DNA of 63,690 nucleotides, the filler included, from Dicyema japonicum (lineage: Eukaryota; Animalia; Dicyemida): assembly GCA_011109175.1 (NCBI GenBank). It is 13 parts of 13 records of this genome, joined end to end, with 100 filler letters (N's around TTAATTAATTAA, not from the genome) between each part and the next. Parts side by side here need not be neighbours in the genome. Positions count along the whole stretch, not along the records: positions 34,327 to 52,239 come from RDEW01000005.1; 12 more parts are not named here. One strand, given 5' to 3'. Below, piece after piece: positions 38,151 to 50,080 of the stretch. Numbering within the stretch: position 1 is the first letter of the stretch; each line of letters begins with the position of its first letter. The notes under the pieces were generated by a model that worked only from the letters and a program-made list of their open reading frames with translations, did no database searches and was not told the origin of the DNA. The translations under genes were made by a program, and so were the position numbers.

Positions 38151-39304
38151 ATGTGTTCTAATGTCTCTCTTTCGAGTAATTATTTCAATATAACTCACAG
38201 TTTGCCCCAAATTGACAGAAGTTCTGGAGAATACCCCGACTAATGTGCGACTAATAAAGATAGCATTCGAGAAAGGCATTGAATGGTTTCATTTTAGAAC
38301 AAATGGTGCTAAGCAAGTCCTTATGCTGCAATAAGTCCTTCGAGGCTGACTGGGATGACATGATTATGCCTGAATGCAAAGAGAATGTTCCCTTGTTTAA
38401 TATTATACCGCCTTGATAGCTCCAAGGAAGGAATTTACGAATATGTGTTCCTTAGTTGGATCCCTGATTCGGTATTGGCTATGTAATGAGGCAGACACGG
38501 AACAAAATGATCCTGTCCATCGCTCAAGGTCATCTTCTAAGAGTCTTTGGCCGAGATAGGGTCACGAAAATCATATCCTCAGCTTCCTCACTGGTAATCC
38601 TTGCTTTCATTGAATCAGGGAGACGTTTCTTTTTCGTCATACCAATCCTCCTTGAACATCAAGGCCGAAGACGCCATGACCATGGAAGAACGGGTCTCTA
38701 TGGAGTTGAAGCAACAAGAGGTTTTTTGTTCTTTCCACTATCAGAGAGCCGAGCCAAAGGTATCGAGGAGCACACTGAAAGGTGTGGTTCTTCCATTCGA
38801 CTCCCAGGCATCTTCAGAGCTGAAGAAGGTCCTCGAAGGAAATGGGAACCTTCTCTGTTTGAACGTAAATCCAAAAACTGAGGAAATTTGCTTTATATGC
38901 CGGCAGAACATTTCCATTGAAAAACTTTGTGGGTTGAAAATTGGTTGTGGCTTCTTTCTCTACAGATATGAGCACGTGAATGAGAATGAGAAAACGACTT
39001 CTTACAGTTTTATCAATTTGTGAGCTTAGTTTTTGTTTATGTGATCCCTGGGTACGGCGCGTCAATAAAAGAGAGGACGATGTATGCGTCGTCCAAGGCG
39101 GGAATTTTAAGTTATTTTAATTCACTGAATTTGGGGAAATTATATACTGTATGGCTTAGAACTGACTTTTAGACTGAGCTGGAATCCATTTCTTATTTTA
39201 CAAAGGAGTTTTTGATCAATTTGCTTTACCCCAAGAAGGTTTCTGCTTTCACGTATCACGAAAAACCATCTGGTCCCAAAAATAGGGGTCCGAGAAGATT
39301 ATAG
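38151..39304 (+). CDS. TWF1: Twinfilin (two ADF-H domains), 6 introns of 22-25 nt including one GC-AG; one +1 frameshift near 38393
   Basis: Spliced product contains VRLIKIAFEKEQMVL, ILYRLDS..YVFLSWIPDS, TRNKM, LKGVVLPFD, FVYVIPGYGASIKERTMYASSK and the tail KPSGPKNRGPRRL. Introns: 38176-38200, 38276-38297, 38472-38494, 38594-38618, 39007-39029, 39149-39172. Paralogue number is nominal. Confidence 0.9.
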
Positions 39305-39639
39305 TAGGATTTTATTTTCTAAAGCTAATGGAATAAGGATTATTATTATCTGATTACAGAATTTATTTATTTTTTGCTGCTAGAATGGATTAGCTGTCTC
39401 CATAGGTAACTGGTTAAGTGATCGTAAGTTGAGGTGGTGACCTACCTCCTAGCCAACCTATAAATATACTGATTATCTCACGAATATACTTTTGATCACT
39501 CTACACGTTGCCTGTAAGCAAAACAATCGGTTTCTAAATTATCACAAGAAATATGATGTCTAATATCTGAAATATGATTATCCCGCCCACGTGGGCATTA
39601 GCCTGTCCTGAAGTTCTTTAGCTTTGATTTGATATCATG

Positions 39640-40310
39640 ATCTCACTAATTTTAACACTAAATTATATGAAAGGTTAACCATCTTTCTGATTCCCATGAT
39701 CTTGAAAGCCTCCATTATTCATGTCTGCGAATGATATTGAAAGCATTGTGGCTGTCCAGCTTAACTATTATCGGATTCTAAGTGTCTGGTGTACTTATGA
39801 AGTTTAGGATTGAGTAAATTATCCATTCACATTAGTGAGGAATCCCAGCTCAGAGCTGAGTTGGGCTCAGTTTGGGGCATAGAGTTTTGTAGGCTGCCCT
39901 CGGGCGGCAATATTTGATTTCAGGTATTGAGTACATTGCCTATAGCGATGGGTATTGAGTACATTGCTTAATTTGCCTTTAGGCTTTATAAGGTGATTAA
40001 TTTTAATGGAAACTCGAGTTCACTGGAATATTCGGAAATCTCTGCCTGAAGAATCTGGTCATTGAGAGCCTTCATACAATTGATTAGGATGTTTCTTCAT
40101 ATCAGTTGACAGTAACAGAGATAAGGCCCTTAATATGGCTAAATTACAGATAAGATCTAAGCATGGTCTAAGCAGCACTGCTGGTTTCTGGGAATGGTGA
40201 GGTGGAAGTGTCAATTGTGGAATGTCCTTCCCCAGTTCAATAAGATATGAACCGAGGACAAAGGTGCAAAGCAGAAAAGGCGAATCCAAAAATTTTAAGT
40301 ATTGTCTTCA
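39640..40310 (-). mobile_element. Degenerate LINE RT
   Basis: LLLSTDMKK (RT domain 3) and downstream broken RT motifs. Confidence 0.5.
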
Positions 40311-40499
40311 ATTGGAATGGTGATTAGTAGGGCGATTATTTTTGACTGATGTTGACCAAAAAATTGACTTTAATGAAAAAATTTATCTAGAAAAAATTTT
40401 TTAAATATAAAAATAACTAAGGAGATTCTTCAAAATAACTAAGGAGTCTTCTACAGTAAAGTAAGTTTTTCCTGTCATCTTCATCGATCTATAAACCAA

Positions 40500-43400
40500 T
40501 ATTGACAAATATTTTATTTTATTATAAGGAAAAAGAATAGTTAATTTTAATTATTCAGCTGTTGGGAGATGCATAAGCTATTCCCACGGACAACAGCCAA
40601 CGAGAGCCTCTCCTTGAGCCATCTCGTCTCACGAAGATCACCAGTTTTGTCGGATAGTAGTTTTCCAAGATGATTCAGGAACTTCAGCGTTTTAGGGCCA
40701 AAGTTCCCAGAAGTTTCAATCGCGACAGGTGCGAAAATGTACCTGTCGCTGATATCCGAATACTTAGCATTTTTCATTTCCTCTGCTTGAGAAGAAGGTC
40801 TGCCCGGTGAATTATTTTTTTTGCTTGGGGCGAAAGAGCAGACACAGGTCACATCCCATACAAGGTTTCGCCCTCGCTCGAAAGGAAAGGAGGTCATGCC
40901 GTCAAGGGCGTCTTCGTTGTCAAATAGACCAGTCGGTTCGATCCGGCAACGGAATCCAGCCGATTCTAATGCCCTCCTAATGATACCGTTCATTGCCGAA
41001 TGTCGAGAAGATCTGCCAATTCCGCTCCGGCATGAGAGGAGGTGGAGACCCAGTTCGTCCGATAGACAGCCACATTTGCACTTCGATTTGGTGGAAACAG
41101 GCAATCCGAGGTGTAGACATACAGCTGTACGAAGGGAGTCATCATCCAACAATCCACTAACTTCTTGACATGGGTAAACCCCAAGCCAAGATCCATCAAC
41201 CGCCTCCCTCGAATTTTGGAAACAGTCCAGGCGATGTCCAGAGAGCCGGCTGACTAGGTTGGATGCCAGAGCATTCCATCTATGGATCATCCAAGACGAT
41301 TGTTGGTCTGGATTACGCGGCTCGCTAAGCCCTTCACTCCGCCACACGTCCATGTATTCAACCAAGTCATTGGACAGTTTCCGAGATGGAAACTTTGAAA
41401 GAATTGAGTCCACTTGGTTTTTGCATGAAAGTTTTGAGGCAAAATACGCCGGGCCAGCAATTTGGCAGGGAGTAGTAAGACCGATTCCACCCAATGATAT
41501 CGGTAATTGAGTTTGTATCCATCCAGGGGTGTCAAGGGAAACGTTAAGTACGAATTCAGTACATCTTTTGAGGCAATCAGAGTATTCCATTAAAAGGGAA
41601 TCACACTTATAACATGGTGCAGTCCTTAGTAAATAGTTTAATCTTGGAATGGACAAGTAGTTTCTCAATAGGAAGAGGGCAATATGGTTGTCAACATGCC
41701 GCAAACGGGTCTCAAAAGTACCGAGCTCTATCGTCCTTTCTTTAAACACGTCCACAATTCGGTCTTCGAATATAGGAGAACCAAGGAACAGAGACTCCCC
41801 AACTGGAACCGATTCATAATTTTCGAGAGTGTATTTAAACTGGTCATTGTAGAAAGTAGTCAGATCGGGACTCAAATTGATCTTGATTAATTCACATTTG
41901 GCCTTGTTGACAGAAAGGCCAATCGCTTCGAATTCAGATATCAAACGACGCACGTCCTCCAAAACTGTATCTGGATGTCCACCAATGATTCCGTCATCCA
42001 AATACCATAAATTTAAAGGTGATTTTAAGCATGCGGCTACTCCCTGGATCCCCAAAGCAAAGAGAAGAGGTCCAAGTGGGTCGCCTTGTTGAACACCAGT
42101 TCGTGATTTAATGATGGCATCGTGGAAAACCAATGATGATGGATTAGAATATGAAAGGCGAACAATCTCCCAAATATGTGGTAAATTTTTTTGGCATAAC
42201 TCCAATAAATGATCTCTCCTTATGGAATTAAATGCGTTCTTAAGATCTACTTTGCAGACAACAACGTCCTCTTTGCATTCGGACGACGACGTGAAAAAAC
42301 TCCTCACTGCGTGGACACAAGCCTCTGCACCGCCACGAACTCCAACGCCCATCTGTATAGGACTGAAAATAGGAAGTAATCTTTGAACCCCAGAAAAGCA
42401 AGCGACTTTAGCTGCAAGTCTCCTGAACACGTTTCCAATAGCAATCGGTCTGACACCGCCGTCAGGCTTTCGGAGAGCAACAAGATTAGCAGAAAATAAC
42501 ATATCTCGACCGAAAGGAGACAAACATCCAGAAAGAATTTTGTTGATCAGTTCGCAAATAACATTCGAAAGATCCTTTCCGACAGATCCCATCATTGGAG
42601 CTGTGAGATCACGTAGGTGACCGGGTCTCAAGCCATCAATACCACCTCCACTACTAGGACGAAATGAACGCAGGGAGGTGATTATATCTTCGTTAGAGGC
42701 GAGCAAGGAAAGGTTTTATAGTTCTTAAGTCTTCGGGGGATCCGGGGTGTTTTTCTCGTAAAGACATGAGCGTTTCAGGGGTGTTTTTAAGTGTCCCAGG
42801 ATCACAAACTAATAGCCGTACAGCATCACGAATATCGCCTTCCATAAGTTTCATCCTGATTAGTTTCTTTATTAAGCGAAGCTCCTCCGTTTAAGGACGC
42901 TTTGAACTCCGGGGTGCAATTTGAGTTGATTTTAAAGCAGTAAGTGACATTTTATGTTCATTTAGAAACAGTCTAACACTCTTTTTGATATTCGTTGCGA
43001 GAGAAGTGGATGCTTCCGTTGGTCTTCTGATCCCAAGAGTGAGTGACGGGAAAAGGAAAAATTTGACCCATTCCGAAGAAACGGCGTCAGGCTTCAAAAC
43101 ATCCTTGATGGTGGAGATCAGAGCCTCGGCAACAGCAGTTCTCGCACCTTTGGGAATCTTCACAGGAATGGTCACGTCCGAGCGCGTTCGAGAGATCAGT
43201 TTCAGAGCTTCATCAGGATCTGCTACGAGAGTAGGATCAAACGGTTCAATGCAAGCAATTCCAAGGCACGAGCGGCAGTGCCATACCCCAAGAGCACGGA
43301 TAGAGGCCTGAGAGAGCTTCAAACATCCGAGGTGAAAGAAGACTCCACAGGCAGAACAAGAAATTCCAAACTTTCTCAAGTTGCTCATGTTGCAGGCAGA

Positions 43401-43635
43401 GCAATTAGACGATGACTTTTCGAGTAACATTCCACTGAATCAACAATAGGCGAAAATCAAGAATAGGGGAATAATCTCAATAGGCGAAAATCAAGAATAG
43501 GAGAATAATCTCAATAGGCGAAAATAGTCAATAATAGAAAGTCAAAAATAGGAAAATAATCACAATAGGCGAAAAACAACAACACACAACGACAACACGT
43601 TTTATCCGACCGACAACACGAACGACAACACGTTT
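40500..43635 (-). mobile_element. Near-full-length CRE-like non-LTR retrotransposon: single ORF 43430-40547 (PHD finger, RT, restriction-like endonuclease); one in-frame TAA (42891) and one frameshift (~42710)
   Basis: RT motifs GGIRPIAIG-like (DGGVRPIAIG), VDLKNAFN, GVQQGDPLG, WYLDD. RLE CxC..HLLSC..RH, D/ExK region and AVVRGN terminus. N-terminal C4HC3 (CSAC..CSAC..FHLGC..WHCRSC). The conserved EGDIRDAVR..EKHP segment lies in frame just after the TAA. Confidence 0.92.
43444..43633 (-). repeat. Tandem monomers in the CRE 5' UTR: 34-bp unit x2 plus two degenerate copies, then short GACAACACG repeats
   Basis: Plus strand CAATAGGCGAAAATCAAGAATAGG(G/A)GAATAATCT is repeated. CAATAGGCGAAAA occurs four times and GACAACACG three times. 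Confidence 0.9.
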
Positions 43636-44039
43636 AATTTTACATTTTTGGTGTAAAATTAAAAAAATTATTTTTTAACAAATTCATTAATAAATTTTTC
43701 TAAATTTTCTAAAGGTTAATTGGACCAGAACACAAAATCCAGCACATTGAAAATCTCTTAATAAAATTACAACGGAAAATCTTGAAGGAAACTAGTTTAC
43801 AGAGCTGCTCTCTATTCCATACACTATCGAAATATCTACAATCAAACAGAAATTTTGAGACAATGCCATGTCCAATGAAAAAAATCTGTTCAGGATTTTC
43901 GACCCCACTGACTTGTCCTCTCCCTTGTCGGTATGTGATCACTTAGTTAGTTGAGAACATTTTGTTTCTTTCTTTATGACCCATTGATCCTGGAAAAAAT
44001 AATAATAAATTTTCTGACTTATAAAAATCTCCTCATAGA

Positions 44040-45300
44040 TTAATACAGGTCCACCTCCGTACAAAGACTACATATTCCCACTGGACAGATGAAATCCCTG
44101 TTATACAACTAAAAAAGTTTTGGACCTGAGGGAATCAGGACGCTTACAAAGATCGATAATTGGTCGCGTTTTTATATGGAAAACGCGATCCCCTCACTAT
44201 GGAAACTCGCCTACATTTGCCCAATGTTAAAAATGGGAAAAACAAAAAACGGACCGGTATTATTGCTATCTTAAATGNTTCCAACTTTTCAGATACGGAT
44301 GTAAAAGAAGCACTGCTAAATACAAAGACTACATATTCCCACTGGCCAGATGAAATCCCTGTTATAAACTGAAAAATCTTGGACCTGAGGGAATCAGGAC
44401 GCTTACAAAGATCTATAATTGGTCTTTAAATGGAAAACGCGATCCCCTCACTATGGAAACTCGCCTACATTTGCCCAATGTTAAAAATGGGAAAAACAAA
44501 AAACGGACCGGTATTATTGCTATCTTAAATGTCGAAAATTATGGAATTACTAGTTCTTTAGATCAGAGGAACAATCCCAGAAAAACCATTCTAACACGGA
44601 TTAAAATCCCTTAACTCAACGGAAAAATCACCTAATATTCCTGTGTTATTTTATTCGCTCAGAGTTCACCAAACCTAGGCAAAAAAAGACAATTCTATTC
44701 TGTAGAAATTCTCAAGGTATTCGACTCCATCCTAAAAAAAGACTCTCCACGAAACTCTTATCAGACGGATATTCCTGAGAATTTCAAACTCTGGCTGGTG
44801 AATGTCATCGATGAAAGAAAAAAACTAGTCTGTTTAGGAAATCTACGGTTGAATTCACGTTTAATTCCGAAATGGAATACCCCAAAGATCTCTTCTGTCC
44901 CCTATACACTTCAACCTTTTCATGAATGATATCCTGACTCTGGAGCATGAGGATGACCTTTTACTGAATTATCCAGATGATATTGTTATTGCATACAGGA
45001 CCAATACGTTATGGTCACCACGGAGAGAAAACAATTATTTGTAATCTGCTTAATCTTCTGGTTAAATCAATACGGTCTGTCGATCAGCCCTGAAAAATCG
45101 GTTACGTCTCTCCTTACCTCTGATAAGATTATATCAAACAGGACAGTGTGGATGTAGAAGCAGATGGAAGCAAGTAACTATTTCAAAAATGGCAGAAAAT
45201 CCAGGGAGTAGTATTCGACACCTATATGACATAATTGCGCCACGTGGAAATTGTTTGAAACAAATTTGAAAAGAAAATCAACCTCTTGAAAGGGATCTTG
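44040..45300 (+). mobile_element. Degenerate APE-LINE RT region with duplicated 5' part
   Basis: PDEIPV..LKNLG, KVFDSI, NYPDDIVI in broken frames. Confidence 0.65.
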
Positions 45301-45765
45301 TCTCTACTCCATACTTGCAATTGCTCTTCTTTATTGAGGATATAAGTCAATCATTAGACTTTTTGAGTGTCTTCAAATCCACCACTAATGGGACTTAAGG
45401 ATCGTTTTGTTAAAGGCACGTGCAATCATCGACTATTTTACATGAGGAATTCTGATGAGTTTTTTTTGAGCAGACATGACCACATCAGTGGGCCACATGA
45501 GTTTGTCAACATACTTTACCGCATCACTGTTTCTTGTTAAGAGAAAAGATTGGAATGTCAATTTGCAGCGACATTAGATTGTGCATCAGATTCTTGTGTT
45601 CCGAACAACCCAGGGACCACAAATTCTACGTTTTAAATAATTTCTCTGTCGAGTACTTCGTACTTGGTCCATTGGAAATGTTTGCGCTAAATTTAATTTA
45701 TTAGTAATATTATTAATAAAGAGATCACTGAATATGAATTTACTTTATTGCGCATTAATATAATT

Positions 45766-48021
45766 CTAAATTATAAAAATAACAACATTATAATATGTCC
45801 GGAAAATTTCAGCATAATAATGAATTTCCTTCATATTGGATAGTAAACAAATATTCTCAATTTTCATAAGAATGTTATGAGAAATAAAAATTACCACATA
45901 TTCAGGTCCTATTATATACATAAGGAATATCGATTACTTCTTGCTAGAATAGCACATTCCCTCACAGCCCAAAGCCAAATTCGGTCATCTGTGTTTGCAT
46001 CCAATAAATTTATCGTGGACTTTATTGACCTTAAGATAGAATATAGGAAACAATACCTATCGTATTTATCGCAAACTACACGAGGAAGATATTTTATTGC
46101 CTTAACAATAGAATCTAGAATGGGTTGGCATGGATTCAAGTCGCTAAAATCAGAATTCAAAAATATAGGGAAAATAGCATTTGGATCAATTAATATCTGG
46201 CAGATACATCTCAAAACGGAAAAGTTAATAGAATAATCGCGTGGATTATACATATTTCTATTTAATAATCAACAATATTACATTATAACATTTAATAGAC
46301 CATATTCCCATATTAAATGTTTGGAGTTAGAGCATTTAGCTATATTTTCCACGATTTTAATGATTGGAATTAATGTATATTTGTAATCAATTGGAGATAA
46401 GCAACATTTTTCGAGAAAAATATAAATATGATAAATTCCATAATTATCAATAAACAAATTTAAATTCTTTTCATTTTCGTCTAACATAATAGTTTTAGAT
46501 ACCTAGAAGAAAACATAACAAATCAAATTTTGTAGTATCAAAAAAGTCTTCTGTTTTGAATTGTTCTACACATAACTAAAAATATATTGTCATAAACATT
46601 GACAAGTCCTTCAAAATTGCCAACATAGGCTAGTAGATCGGTACTCACATTTTTCATGAAATAGTTATAATTACGGAAAGGTGAATCTAACCTTGAATGA
46701 AGTTTTATAAACAAAAATGACAGTGCAGGAAGCTAAAATAAGAAGTAACAAACAAAAATAGAGATGTTCCAAGGTTTAAAATCGCCTAAAAACTGAATAA
46801 AACTCTAAAATTAAGATATCAAATTCTAAACTGAATGTGTATAAGATTCATTTATAACATCTAAATAAATATCAAAAATATTCCTATGTATGAGATACAT
46901 GATACATAATATTTGAATTCGATCCGATTCTGACCATTTTGTATAGAGTATTACTGAAATTTATATTAAAATGCGTGTATCGACGTATAAACTAAATTTA
47001 AATTATATAATACTTTCCAAAATTGTTTTAATAATTTATTTTCAAAATTAAAATCAACATAATCAATCTTTTGCATAACATAGATAAATAGATTTTCTTT
47101 ATTATCGAAGTGTTGCAAAGACGATATAAGTTTTTTTATAATTGATTGAGGATCATTCTATATTCTTTTATAAAATATACAGAATCGCTTATATTTTTAC
47201 TGAAATGTAAAATTTTCTTTTGATGAAGTTTTTTAAATCCCTTTTTTCTGATTAGTCTAGAATTATTACATTCAAAACTTTTTTAACTTTTTAAATACTT
47301 TTCTTTTAATAAAATATCCAGATAAATTCACACAAGTAAGATTCTTGGCTTTTTTGAAAAGTGAAAAAAAATTACAGTCGTATCCTCTTAAATTTCCATC
47401 ACTTGTATGTATAAAATGTCTACATTTCATATAAATTAACCTTAAAGACTTCGGACTGTTAATACTTGCAGCAAATTCTGTAAAATCAGTAATTAAGACA
47501 TTGTGAAAATTTAAACGTTCCAGTTTATCAATTATTTTTAGTGTACTATTATAAATAGTCGTCGTTCTATTGTCTCCAAATAGATTGAGAGTGCGTAGTT
47601 TTCCAAATCCAGTCATAAATAGTTGATGTAGCAAATCTGGGTCATCATAACGCAACAGTGTGAATGATTTGACCGCATTCGGGGAATCTGCGAGAAAAGG
47701 ATTCTTTTCTGATGAAAAAATCTTGCTTATTGTAATATTTGATAAATTTGGATAAACTCGAATCATATTAACAACGTCATTTATATCAACTTCTTCACGA
47801 GTCAATTCAAGGCAAAAAATGTCTTTTCGTACTTTATTCGAAAGCCCATGTAAAATTGGATCTTGATAAAGTGCAGGACATAAAATAAAATATTTTAATT
47901 CAGTAAAAATTCTTTTGGATAACATTTTTTTAGTCTTGTCGTTTAATTTTATAAATTTTTGTTTCTTAAAGTATTTTCGAATATTATTAATACATAAAGC
48001 ATATAATGAAGGTGTTTCCAT
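45766..48021 (-). CDS. ZYG11/ZER1-family CRL2 substrate receptor (BC-box, LRR, ARM); central exons uncertain, possible frameshifts
   Basis: N-terminal PSLYALC BC-box-like motif and LRR-like segments. LDENEKNLNLFIDNYGIYHIYIFLEK..IVENIAK aligns to TDETP..CRHFIENQGL..LLNNIAE. LRSIKSTINLL...IWLWAVRE aligns to YRSF.P...LL...VQLWAVWA. Micro-introns of 23, 24 and 29 nt join exons. Confidence 0.68.
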
Positions 48022-48149
48022 TTTATAACTTGAAAATATTTTAATGACCTTGATATGAATTATATTAATTTTATTTATTTGAATTTTATAAATATTTATT
48101 TTTTTATAAAAATAAATACGTCTCTTTTATTTGAAATTGAATTTATTAT

Positions 48150-48970
48150 TCAAAAACCGGGGTCAACAAGGAGATCCCTTCTGACCCCTCTTATTTTTTC
48201 ATGAATAATTGATGATATTGTGAGATCAATTAATCCACAGCTAAATCGTTAGTATCTCGACGTTGCCACAATTAGAGGATCATTCAAAAAACGTACAATT
48301 CATTACTTAAAGCGTTACTTGCTTTAAAACACTTGTGCTCGGACATCAATCTTAACAAATCAAAGCTAATAAATCTCTCATATCCAAGCACCGGCTTTCT
48401 CCCTATCGACGTTGCCACAATTAGAGGATCATTCAAAAAACGTACAATTCATTACTTAAAGCGTTACCTGCTTTAAAACACTTGGGCTCGGACATCAATC
48501 TTAACAAATCAAAGCTAATAAATCTCTCATATCCAAGCACCGGCTTTCTCCCTATCAAGGAGTCTTTTAACGAACTGCTTTCTGGGATCCCGACTGTGCA
48601 AGTTGATAAATTATATTTTCTCGGATGCCCACTCAGCGAAAAAAATCTCAAGAACCATCTACTTTCCAAAAATGAAGAATTAACACGCCTCGCGAACAGC
48701 TTGTCATGTATCGACACACATCTTTTTTCCTGATAAGAAACAACATCGGACTACCCAAGCTTTATGTCTACTTTTATGTTTACCCTGCTACAAACAATAC
48801 AACAGTAAACTTTCTATTGACAAATCTCTCAAACAATTCACTAATTAACGTCCGCTTCAACGAATATGGTTGGAAGCAATGTAAGCTTCCTTCCGAATTT
48901 TGGAGTGTCGGTGTAAGATTGCCGCTGATGGTTGCGTATCCGGCATATCTATCGTCTTTCCCAAGCTGAA
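48150..48970 (+). mobile_element. CRE-like RT fragment with tandem duplication
   Basis: TGVNKEIP/GDPS..LF, YLDVATIRG, LYFLGCPL, IGLPKL, FWSVGVRLP. Confidence 0.75.
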
Positions 48971-49153
48971 GCCATTTGACACGTCGATTCCTTTATCACA
49001 TTACTAGAATTTGACTAAACTTGTCAGAAATGCAACGACTCCGGCCGTGGTATTAGAGCAGTGGTATTAGCTCCGCATAGGCAGGACACACACTTTATTT
49101 AAGTAAAGAACAGTTAATTTTAACTAATCGTAGAACAAGGGAATGATGTTCAC

Positions 49154-49360
49154 TTCTTTTTTCTTTTTCTTGTCTGGGTTTTTTTTGAAAATCCAGTTCC
49201 GCACTGAGAGTCTACTGATGACGGCGTCACTCGTTAAGCTTTTTTAGCATCGTAGATGCGTGTAACCTTCCACCAGGTGAAAAGAAGCAAGAATTGAACG
49301 AGAATCGAACCCGTAACCTAAGTCACTTTAGCCCGACAGCTAACCTCTATGCCACCCGGG
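49154..49360 (-). mobile_element. Apparently full-length tRNA-derived SINE (~205 bp) with A-rich tail
   Basis: A box TGGCATAGAGG, D-arm GGCA/TGTC, T-arm ACGGG[TTCGATT]CTCGT. No acceptor-stem pairing, so not a tRNA. Unique body and AAGAAAAAGAAAAAAG tail. Confidence 0.75.
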
Positions 49361-49739
49361 TACACCAAAACACCTAACCACTATGCACTGTAAAAATAAT
49401 CTGATAAAATAGATTCGATAGAATTCGTCAAAAATTAATCAAAATATTAAGTCGATGTGCTTGCTGTGAGGACCAATTATTCAGTCTTGCATCTTCCTGG
49501 TGAACTCAATGAGTTGATGAACGTTAAGCAGCTGTCATATTGTGATCAAGCATGGGGATACCATTAATAAGTAAATGGAATGCGAATCCCAAAAAGAAGA
49601 TATCCGTACATAGGGACAGTCTTCTTAGAATTTTCGCTATAACTTCGAATTAAGCATCACGTCCATTCATATTCGCAGTTTTGGGAACCCCTCCAGTGCA
49701 GTAGGAAAATATATATACTTTCAAACCTACAACTAATCA

Positions 49740-50080
49740 CAAAATGATGACACTACTAAAGAAGATTTTCATAATAGACATGATTTGTTATCAAGAAAAT
49801 CATATTTGTTGTATTATCGCTCTACTTCTGGCCTATCGACTGTCAACTTTTTCAACTCGTCAGATTTGTCTATTTCTACTACATTCCTTCATTTTAATTG
49901 AACTTTGTGGAATTCCCTTTCTTAGCAAAAAATTGTGACTGAGCATCGTGAAATAGTCCCCAATTGTGAGAGTTTTTGATTTCAGTGGAAGTGATCGTTT
50001 GGTGTAATTTTTAGACAGCCGGTGATTATTCTGATAGCAGATTTTTAGTCATTAGTATTTTTTGACTTTTGTTATTGATA
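49740..50080 (-). mobile_element. Jockey/I-like LINE C-terminal fragment
   Basis: SAIRIITGCLKITPNDHFH. Confidence 0.55.

Noticed and set aside
42891-42893. In-frame TAA in the CRE ORF as evidence for a TAR=Gln code or programmed readthrough
   Set aside because: SKI2 and PTH2 end in TAA at conserved positions; a single nonsense change in a TE copy that also has a frameshift is ordinary decay or error.
40821-43311. Plus-strand ORFs of 68-115 aa overlapping the CRE element
   Set aside because: Antisense shadows of a long GC-richer coding frame, with no independent motifs.
45868-45896. Apparent GA-AG intron near the 3' end of the ZYG11-like gene (coordinates approximate)
   Set aside because: A canonical 29-nt GT-AG intron starting 6 nt upstream restores the same frame.
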